Assembly (NCBI GenBank): GCA_963849325.1
Contig: CAWKHF010000012.1
Coordinates: 832,001-896,000, forward strand
Length of the DNA stretch: 64,000 nt
From: an uncultured Planctomycetota bacterium
GTDB lineage: Bacteria > Planctomycetota > Planctomycetia > Gemmatales > Gemmataceae
Reading direction: 5' to 3'
Part shown: positions 53,661 to 64,000 of the stretch, piece after piece
Layout: every line of letters starts with the position of its first letter
How positions within the stretch are numbered: the stretch's first letter is position 1
Made by a program: the position numbers and the translations under genes
The notes under the pieces: generated by a model
The model's input: the letters and a program-made list of their open reading frames with translations, nothing else
What the model was told of the DNA's origin: nothing
The model's database searches: none

Positions 53661-54330
53661 ATGACGATTTACGAACGGGCACTGGCACTGGTCCGCGCCG
53701 GCGACACCGTCGGCCTGGGATCGGGGCACGCCTCGGCGGAGTTCATCCGCGAGCTGGGCGAGCGGGTGCGCGACGGTCTATCGGTGCGCGGCGTGGCGAC
53801 GTTGCGCGCCTCGGAGGAGTTGGCGCAGCGCCGGCATCCCGATCGTGTCGCTGGCCGAGGGACTGCCCCTGGCCTTGACCGTGGATGGGGCCGACGAGGT
53901 CGATCCGCACCTCGACCTCATCAAGGGTTACGGCCGAGCGCTGGTGCGCGAGAAGATCGTGGCGTCGGCGTCGCGCCGACTGGTCATCCTCGTCGGGCCG
54001 GGCAAGGAGGTGCCGGTGCTCGGCTCGCGCGGCAAACTGCCGATCGAGGTGGTGCCGTTCGCCGTGCCGTTGTGCCACGAGCGCCTGAAGAAGCTCGGCT
54101 GCACGGCCGTACTCTACGAGGAGAACGGCGCGGCGTTCGTGACGGACAACGGCAATCACATCCTCGATTGCGCCGTAGCGCCGATCCTGCATCCCGAGCA
54201 ATTCGAGGCCCATCTGCGTGCCATCCCCGGCGTCGTCGGCACCGGGCTATTTTTGGGCATGGCGGACACGGTGCTGGTGGGCGACGAGCAATTTCGATTG
54301 ATCGCCGAGAAACAGCGGAACATCCCCTGA
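53661..54330 (+). CDS. rpiA: Ribose-5-phosphate isomerase A (frameshifted)
   Basis: [35 protein letters not shown]. Confidence 0.92.
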
Positions 54331-54344
54331 AAGGAGCGTGCATC

Positions 54345-55354
<1,010 letters not shown>

Positions 55355-55366
55355 CGATTTCAAAAT

Positions 55367-55398
55367 TCCTGAGCGGGGGCGTCAGCCCCCGCTCAGGA
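55367..55398. repeat. REP-like palindrome downstream of gnd
   Basis: TCCTGAGCGGGGGCGTCAGCCCCCGCTCAGGA. Confidence 0.65.
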
Positions 55399-55865
55399 GT
55401 TTTGCCCGCGTCTGGCCAGCTTGCTTCAAGTCCGCGAAGCACCCGGCCGATAACTACCTCTGTACTCGTGACAAACCTCGGCAACGTCGCCTGGCCGCCC
55501 GAATGCCAAGGTCGTCAGGAAGCGTCGGACTCGGCCGCGCCAAGGCCGACGGGTCTGACTCAGACCTCCGTGTACCAAGCCCCCGACCCCCACGGAGGTC
55601 TGTTCCTGCGACCGACACGCCGCCGCTGCTCTGCCTCGTCCCCGCGAGGAGAGCAGCGGCGCCTCCCTCCCCGAGAGACCCCGGCAACCCCCTGCGAACG
55701 CCCTGACCGCTTCGGCTCGCGTCATTACCCCCTGTTTGTCCCCACCTGCGAAGCGGTACGACACCACGACACGCCGGGGTCTCTCGCCCTTTTCCCGCCC
55801 CCTTCCCCGCGATACTGGAAACGCACCCTCCAGTGCCTAAAACGATGGTGGTCCCGAGCGGCTGA

Positions 55866-57214
<1,349 letters not shown>

Positions 57215-57221
57215 AAACAAA

Positions 57222-57322
57222 AATGAACCACAGATGAACACAGATAAACACGGATAAAACAAGAAAGAGAAGTAGTCTTTTTTTGTTTTATCCGTGTTTA
57301 TCTGTGTTCATCTGTGGTTCAT
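57222..57322. repeat. AT-rich inverted repeat of decamer units between convergent genes
   Basis: AATGAACCACAGATGAACACAGATAAACACGGATAAAACAA..TTGTTTTATCCGTGTTTATCTGTGTTCATCTGTGGTTCATT. Confidence 0.85.
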
Positions 57323-57682
57323 TATTCTTCGAGCCAGGCGCGGGCCTCGGCGGCCTTGCTGTGATCGAAATAGCGGATGGTCGCCGTCGTGAACGGCTTG
57401 CAGAAAGCGGCCATGCCCGCTTCCCACTTCGTTTCACCGACCAGGGCCAGCTTTTCCAGGTGGCCGAAGTGCTTGACGTTCGAACTTGATGTCCTCCCAC
57501 AGTGCCCCGGCGGTCCAGCCGTGGAAGTCGTGCATGGTGCAGAGCACCCGGAGCTTGCCATGCTGCTTGATGAGACGATCGATCTCGCTGCCAAAATGCT
57601 CGTAATCCGCGGCGGTCAGCTTGCCGCTGAGATTCACCGCCACGATCTTGCCGCCCGCCTCTTCGCGCAATTCCACTGGCAT
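57322..57682 (-). CDS. STAS/SEC14 (SpoIIAA-like) protein (frameshifted)
   Basis: SGKLTAADYE..DFHGWTAGALWEDIKF..EKLALVG. Confidence 0.8.
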
Positions 57683-57844
57683 GGGAACTCTCCTGCTGAG
57701 GATTCGATTTACGCCCGGACGCCCGCCGACCGCACGGCGGCACCACCCTTTCATCCTATGCTGCCGGGCGGCGCCGAACCATCGCGGCCGACTGGCCGGT
57801 GACATCCGAACCGATGTATCCTGTTACGAAAGGAGGGACGAGCG

Positions 57845-59753
57845 ATGACAGCAGCCACGCATCCCAGCGAAAAACTCGAATTCAAAACCGAGCTAAAACA
57901 ACTCCTCCACATCATCACCCACTCGCTGTATTCCCATAAAGAGATCTTCCTGCGCGAGCTGATCTCCAACGCCAGCGACGCCATCAACAAGATCAAATTC
58001 GATTCGCTTTCGCATGAGGAAATGCTGGAAGGCAACAAGGACTGGAAGATCAAGATTATCCCTGATCGCTCGACGGCCACGCTGACCGTCTCGGACAACG
58101 GCATCGGCATGGCGCGTCCGGAGGTCATCGACAACCTCGGCACCATCGCCAAGTCCGGCACGCGCGCCTTTCTGGAGAGCCTGAAAACGAAGGACAGCCG
58201 CGAGCAACCGGAGTTGATCGGCCAGTTCGGCGTCGGCTTCTACTCCGCGTTCATGGTCGCCGACCGCGTGACAGTCCTCATCGCGCCCGGCCGGCGATCC
58301 GCGCGACGGCGTCAAGTGGGAGTCCGACGGCCAGGGGGAATTCACCGTCGAGACCGTCGAGAAGCCCACGCGCGGCACCGACGTCATCCTGCACCTCAAG
58401 GCCGAGGAGAGGGAGTTCCTCAACGAGCACCAGCTCCGCGAGATCGTCAAGCGGTTCTCCGACTTCATCGAGCATCCCGTGGTCATGGACGTCGAGAAGA
58501 CCGACGAGAACAAGAACAAGAGTGTCGTCGAGGAGACGCTCAACTCGCGCAAGGCCATCTGGCTGCGGAACAAGTCCGAGAACACGCCGGAGGAGTACAA
58601 CGCCTTCTACAAGCAGATCGCCAACGACTTCGACGATCCCGCCAAGATCATCCACTACACCGCCGAGGGCGTCAACGAATTCCGCGTCCTGCTGTTCATC
58701 CCGGCGCAGCGGCCGATCGAGTTGCGCTGGGGCGGCGAAGTGAAATTCGGCCCGCGACTGTACATCCAGCGCGTGCTCATCATGGACCACTGCGAGGCGC
58801 TGCTGCCGCCCTACCTGCGCTTCGTCAAGGGCGTGGTCGATTGCTCCGACCTGCCGCTGAACATCTCGCGCGAGATGCTGCAGCACAACCCGCTGCTGGA
58901 ACGAATTCGTACCAACATCGTCCGCAGCATCCTCAAGGCGCTCGAGGAGATGAAGGAGGACGAGTACGACAAGTACGTGAAGTTCTATCAGGAGCTGGGT
59001 TCGATCCTCAAGGAAGGCCTGAGCCGCGATTGGAGCAACCGCGAGAAGATCGCCGACCTGCTGCTGTTCGAGTCGATGAAGACGCCGGCCGGTCAGTACA
59101 CCACGCTGGCGAAATACGTCGAGGCGATGCCGGCCGAGCAAAAGGCGATCTGGTATCTCATCGGCGAGGACCGCGAAATGCTGGAACATTCGCCGTACCT
59201 GGAGAGTTTCCGCGCCCGCGGCCAGGACGTGCTGCTGTTGACCGAGCCCATCGATGAGTTCGCGCTGCCGGGCCTGGGCAACTACAAGGACAAGCCGCTC
59301 AAGGCCGCCGATCGCGACGAACTGGAGCAGAGCAAGGACGAAGCAGCCCAGAAAAGCGAAGGGCAAGAGAAGTTTCGGAAGCTGTTCGAGTATCTCCAGA
59401 CGAAGCTGCCGGAGGTGAGCGACGTGCGCCTATCGAGCCGGCTGAAGGAGAGCGCCGCCTGCCTGGTGGCCGGCGAGGGCGCGATGACGGCCCACATGGA
59501 GCGGCTGATGCGGCAGTTCGGCCGCGACAAGGAATTGGGGCCGTCGCGCCGTGTCCTGGAGCTGAACGGCGAGCACCCGGCCGTTCTGGCCCTGCAACAG
59601 CTGTTCGACAAGAACTCGGATGACCCGCGCGTCGAAACCTATGCCCGCCTGCTTTACGATCAGGCCGTCATCGCCGAAGGCTCGAAGATCGAGGACCCGA
59701 CGGCCTTCGCCCGGCGCCTCAACGATTTGCTGGTGCGGGGAATGAAGGAGTGA
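57845..59753 (+). CDS. htpG: Chaperone HtpG (frameshift near 58285)
   Basis: [51 protein letters not shown]. Confidence 0.97.
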
Positions 59754-59890
59754 AAGGAACTTCGCTTTCGTCTTTGCACCCACGTCCAGGATCGGGTACA
59801 TCTGGAGTAAGGATTTGCCGCTCGCGGCTTAGCGAACAGCCGCAAGCGCCAAGCCACTTGCGGCTTTCTCCTCACGGGAGTGTGTGACCC

Positions 59891-60616
59891 ATGAAGCGTG
59901 TGCTCGTTCTCGTTTGTCTGTTTTTCCTGTTGACCCTCGGCCTTTCGGCCGTCGAACCCTCGCGGCGGACATCGAAGGAGGCGTTGAAGGAGTTCAACGA
60001 CCTCATCGGCTCCTGGCGCGCGACCGGCGAGCCGAACGGCACGCGCGAGGAGAAACAGCGCCACTTTTGGCGGGAACAAATCTCCTGGGAATGGCAGTTC
60101 AAGGGCGACGACGTTTTCTTGCGAGCCGCCATCGACAAAGGCAAATACTTCACCGCCGCCGAACTGCGCTACCTGCCCGATAAGGATCGCTATCAGCTCA
60201 CTGCCAAGACGCCCGCCGGCGAAACGCTCGTCTTTGAAGGCCCGCGCACCAAGAACCGTCTGACTCTGGAACGTCAGGACGAGAAGAAGAACGAAACGCA
60301 ACGGCTGATCGTGACGGTGCTGCACTTCAACCGCTACCTGTATCGTTACGAGGTCAAGCCGGCGAACCGGACGACGTTCGCGCTAGTCTACCAGGTGGGG
60401 GCAACGAAGGAGGGCGTGGACTTCGCCGGCGGCGACGACAAGCCCGAATGCGTCGTCAGCGGCGGCTTGGGGACGATGCCGGTGGTGTACAAGGGCAAGA
60501 CCTACTACGTTTGTTGCTCCGGCTGCCGCGATGCCTTCAAGGACGAACCCGAGAAGTACATCAAGGAATTCGAGGAGCGCAAAAAGGCGAAAAAGGAAAA
60601 GACGAAGGAGCATTGA
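59891..60616 (+). CDS. Secreted YHS-domain protein
   Basis: Signal peptide; CVVSGG..YKGKTYYVCCSGC..F...PEKY. Confidence 0.85.
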   Translation: MKRVLVLVCLFFLLTLGLSAVEPSRRTSKEALKEFNDLIGSWRATGEPNGTREEKQRHFWREQISWEWQFKGDDVFLRAAIDKGKYFTAAELRYLPDKDRYQLTAKTPAGETLVFEGPRTKNRLTLERQDEKKNETQRLIVTVLHFNRYLYRYEVKPANRTTFALVYQVGATKEGVDFAGGDDKPECVVSGGLGTMPVVYKGKTYYVCCSGCRDAFKDEPEKYIKEFEERKKAKKEKTKEH

Positions 60617-60670
60617 TCTTCCGACCTTCCTCGCCGTGGAGGCAGCTTGGGTCGGGAAAGGCGGCTACCC

Positions 60671-61639
60671 ATGCTCGAATCGCGCTGGCTCGAATGCAAA
60701 CGACCGTCGCCGATGCTGCGCTTCGTGGCCGGCCGAGCCAGTCCGCGCAAACTGCGTCTGTTCGTCTGCGCCTGCTGTCGCCGATTGTGGCCGTGGCTGC
60801 GTGACGAGGCGGGCCGGCAAGCCGTCGAGGAGTTGGAGCGCCAGGCGGACACACGCGGGACGCTGACACCGACCGCGGCCGTGCGGAAACTGGCCCTGCG
60901 GAGTATGGACGCCGCGGACGAGAAGCGCCAGGCCGCGCTGGCGGCGCGGCAAGAAGCGGATCGGCGCCGGGCCGCCGTCTGGGGGTCCATCTGGGTCGGC
61001 GATCCGCCGGAGCCGTCGCTACTGGTCCGCAGCGCGGCCGAGGCGCTGGAGGCGTCGGCGATGGAGCAAGAAGCGCAGGCGGCGGTGCGGGCGGCCCAGT
61101 TGGTCCACTCTCTCGCCGAGGGGCTTCGCGACAGTGGCGAGGCGGCGCAGGAGGCCGTGCAGGTCGTCGTGGACGGCCGCCAGGCGGCCATCACACGCGC
61201 CTGCTCCGCGCGCTGGGTCCACCGCGCCGATCGAGAGGCCGACCGTCCCGTACCGCGCGGCAAGGCCGCCCTGCGTGCTTCCCAGGCGGCGCATTGGATC
61301 GAAATGCAGGAGGATTCCTTGCACGAGCGGCACGTGCGCCTCGACGAGCAGGCGGCGAAGGCGGAGCGCCGCGCTCAGGCCGCCCTCGTCCGCGACCTGT
61401 TCGGCAACCCCTATCACCCCGCCGCCATCGAGCCGGCGTGCCTGGATTGGAACGAGGCGTGTATCGTCAAGATGGCCCGGATCATTTACGACGAGCGCAA
61501 ATATCAAGACATGGCGATTCTCGCCGACGCGCTGGAGGAAGCCGGCTGCGACAATTCCGAGGTCGTCAATCATTGCCGCCAGCCCGGTGAGCACGCGCGC
61601 GGTTGCTGGCTGCTGGACTTACTGCTGGGGCGAGCGTAA
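60671..61639 (+). CDS. Planctomycete-expanded hypothetical protein (RKLRLF/ILADALEEAGC family)
   Basis: RKLRLFVCACCR..RDLFGNP..ILADALEEAGC..H.RGCWLLDLLLG. Confidence 0.8.
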   Translation: MLESRWLECKRPSPMLRFVAGRASPRKLRLFVCACCRRLWPWLRDEAGRQAVEELERQADTRGTLTPTAAVRKLALRSMDAADEKRQAALAARQEADRRRAAVWGSIWVGDPPEPSLLVRSAAEALEASAMEQEAQAAVRAAQLVHSLAEGLRDSGEAAQEAVQVVVDGRQAAITRACSARWVHRADREADRPVPRGKAALRASQAAHWIEMQEDSLHERHVRLDEQAAKAERRAQAALVRDLFGNPYHPAAIEPACLDWNEACIVKMARIIYDERKYQDMAILADALEEAGCDNSEVVNHCRQPGEHARGCWLLDLLLGRA

Positions 61640-64000
61640 ACGGGGCTGCATCTGCCGAATCCCCTCAAAAAACTCCGGCGCGTTCCGCACTCCCTCGATC
61701 AGCCCGGCCACCCCCTTGTCACCGAGGATTTCCTGGCGCGCCGGGTTGGCCGCGATGCGGCGGGCGATGGCTTGCTGCTCGTCTTTCGCGCCCAGACGAT
61801 CGGCGGCGGCTTTGAGGAACAGGTCGATACCCAGGCGCTTCACGTCGTCATCGGCATCGCTTCGGAGCTTCCGCCAGCGCGGCACGAGTCCGCGCACCTG
61901 CTTGTCGGACAGGCCGGCCAGGAACTCGGGAGCGAACAGCGGCAGCAGACTCAGGCCGTCGGAGTACGCCAGCACGAGGTTCGCTTGCTGCTGGACGGGT
62001 GCTGTGTGCGGGCGCGGTTTCCAGGTGCGGAGCAGAAGGGGCAGCACGGTGTCCGTCGCCAGCTCCGCGTACTCTTCGTAACGGCCGCGCAACAGGAGGA
62101 ATTGCGTCAGCACCAGGGCCTTGCTCAGACGGTCGGCGTCCGACCGGTCATTCTTCAGGCCGTCGCGGAAGAAGCGTTCGCCGTCCTCGACTGCATCGAG
62201 GCTGAGAAACACTTCGGCGATGTAGAGATCACGCCAGTGCAGCAGCTGTTCTTTCGTCGGCCGAACGTCCGCGGCACCGAACGGAGCGGGCGAGTTCGGC
62301 GCAGCCGCTTTCGGCGCGGCGGGCAACTCGGGCAGGAAAGTCGCCTCAAATTGTTGGCGTTTGGCGCGGGCGTCTTCGTCGCGGCCGAGCTTGGCGAGAC
62401 AGTAAGCGTGGAAGAAGAGCGCATCGCGGCTGCGGACGAAACGGTGGATGAACTGCTCGGGCGAATGATCGTCCACGTCCGGCGCCCCGACGGCGGCTTG
62501 CTCGTACCAGCGCCACGCCTCGGTGTATTCGCGGCGGAGCAGGTGGTAATGGCCGATCTGCGTTTTCTCGCGGGCATCAATCGCCTTCCAGTTCCGCGCG
62601 CCGGTGGCAGGGTCGAGCACGAGGGCGGGATCGCCCGGCCGCAGCGTCAGACCGCGCAGCGGCTCTTGTTCATTCCCGCCGAGTTCGAGCAGGTGCGATA
62701 GCCACGAGCGATAAGCCGGGCGGAACGTGGCCCACAGTGAGAGCCTGGCGTCCTTGGGCGACCAGCGCGGGAAGGTCACTTGCAGTCCGGAGAAGATCGT
62801 CCGCAACCGAGCGGGGTCCGCGTCCGGCGCCACCCGCACGCAGTTGCGGGCGCGGACGTCGGGCAGCAGCAGGAACGCCCAGGTCTTCGCCGGGTCGTGC
62901 GGCAACGGCTGTCGGGCGACGAGCGCCAGTTGCTCGCCGGTGGTCTCCCAGCCGACGAAGTTACACACGTCGTCCGCGCCGAGGACGCGATCGCCTCCGC
63001 CGGCCAGATCGGCCAGGTGAAGCGCGCCGGTTTCACCGCCGCGGAGGTATCCCAGGCGAGCACCGTCCGGCCGCCAGTGTAGATCGCGGATCGGTTTGTC
63101 GCCCTCGGCGAATGTCTGGACGGTGCGCGTATCCGGGGCGGCGACGTGCAAGGAGTGGACGAGGGGAGCTTTGTCCTTGCCCGGAGAAGTGCTGACAAAG
63201 GCGAAGCGGTTGCCGTCCGACGTCCAGACGGGGCGAGCGCTGCGCAAGTCCTCCAGACCTCGGCAGCCCAACCCGGCGGAGTCCGGCACGTGCCACCAGT
63301 CGGACTCGCCGGGCTTGCCGATCCAGATGCCACCGTCCGACGATGGCTCGATTTTACCCGCGAGCACACAGGCGATGTGGGCATTATCGGGAGAACAGTC
63401 GAAAATCAGGGCGTCGCCGGTATGCGGAAAGACCGGACGCGAGGACTGGGTCTGGAGGTCGTACTCGTACAGGCCGTGCCGTCCCGGATCGTCCTGCTGG
63501 ATGTAGAGGATGTGTTGGCCGTCGGGGTGCCAGCGGACGGCGAGGTTCGCGGCGACATAGCCGGGATGACCGCAGGGAACGGTGAACAACGGCACATTGA
63601 GCGGCTGACCGGGCTTGACTTCCTCGCGCAGCCAGCAGGTGTACAGCGTCGGCCGCGCGGCGTGCTGATCGCCGACCGGATCCTGCTCGGCGGGCAGACC
63701 GCCCTGGCCATTCTGGTCCTTGCCGGCGTCGCGGGCCGTCGTGAACAGCAACCGCTTGTCGGTGGGACTCCACAGCGGCGCGCTGACGGCGATGACGTCC
63801 GCGTCCGGCTGGAAGATTTTGGTCGGCGCCGCCCCCTCCGTCTCGACGACGAAGATGCCGTCGCGTCCGTGCTGGAAGGCGACTTGCTTGCCGTCCGGTG
63901 CGAAGGTGATGCTGCGGTCCTCGCGGACGGTCGCATTGCAACCAACCAGCAGAATGGATGCAAAGACCGACAGCCCAACACGGCGGAGTGTGAGCGACAT
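61619..64000 (-). CDS. Lipoprotein with TolB/WD40-like propeller and TPR-like C-terminus
   Basis: LLVGC lipobox; WSPTD/WHPDG/WRPDG repeats; start at window edge. Confidence 0.75.
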   Translation of the reverse strand: MSLTLRRVGLSVFASILLVGCNATVREDRSITFAPDGKQVAFQHGRDGIFVVETEGAAPTKIFQPDADVIAVSAPLWSPTDKRLLFTTARDAGKDQNGQGGLPAEQDPVGDQHAARPTLYTCWLREEVKPGQPLNVPLFTVPCGHPGYVAANLAVRWHPDGQHILYIQQDDPGRHGLYEYDLQTQSSRPVFPHTGDALIFDCSPDNAHIACVLAGKIEPSSDGGIWIGKPGESDWWHVPDSAGLGCRGLEDLRSARPVWTSDGNRFAFVSTSPGKDKAPLVHSLHVAAPDTRTVQTFAEGDKPIRDLHWRPDGARLGYLRGGETGALHLADLAGGGDRVLGADDVCNFVGWETTGEQLALVARQPLPHDPAKTWAFLLLPDVRARNCVRVAPDADPARLRTIFSGLQVTFPRWSPKDARLSLWATFRPAYRSWLSHLLELGGNEQEPLRGLTLRPGDPALVLDPATGARNWKAIDAREKTQIGHYHLLRREYTEAWRWYEQAAVGAPDVDDHSPEQFIHRFVRSRDALFFHAYCLAKLGRDEDARAKRQQFEATFLPELPAAPKAAAPNSPAPFGAADVRPTKEQLLHWRDLYIAEVFLSLDAVEDGERFFRDGLKNDRSDADRLSKALVLTQFLLLRGRYEEYAELATDTVLPLLLRTWKPRPHTAPVQQQANLVLAYSDGLSLLPLFAPEFLAGLSDKQVRGLVPRWRKLRSDADDDVKRLGIDLFLKAAADRLGAKDEQQAIARRIAANPARQEILGDKGVAGLIEGVRNAPEFFEGIRQMQPRLRSPQQ

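Overview
GC-rich bacterial window whose gene repertoire points to a planctomycete, probably Gemmataceae-like (inference from TIGR02996/LRR, HEAT-repeat, DUF1080, planctomycete-type ECF sigma, Ser/Thr kinase and REP palindromes). Many genes, including eno, gnd, rpiA and htpG, carry single frameshifts, most likely assembly indel errors. Highlights read from the sequence: (1) two probable unannotated selenoproteins, each with an in-frame TGA in a redox motif and a similarly placed SECIS-like hairpin: an AhpC/TSA-type UxxC protein and a membrane-anchored SELENON-like CxxU thioredoxin-fold protein; (2) a compact array of 13 atypical, CCA-less tRNA genes (6477-7555, minus strand) behind an ECF-type promoter motif; (3) an integrase-less integron remnant (attI-like site, cassette, attC) whose attC is split by an IS110/IS1111-type element, with a 3' non-coding region carrying short matches to the target and to the element end (candidate bridge/seek RNA); (4) an IS4 inserted into a perfect REP palindrome with an 11-bp TSD; (5) a csrA-slyD-RRM cluster with a GGA-rich leader, a strongly structured intergenic region upstream of eno, an orphan tadE-tadE-tadG/vWA module and twin MBOAT O-acylation modules.
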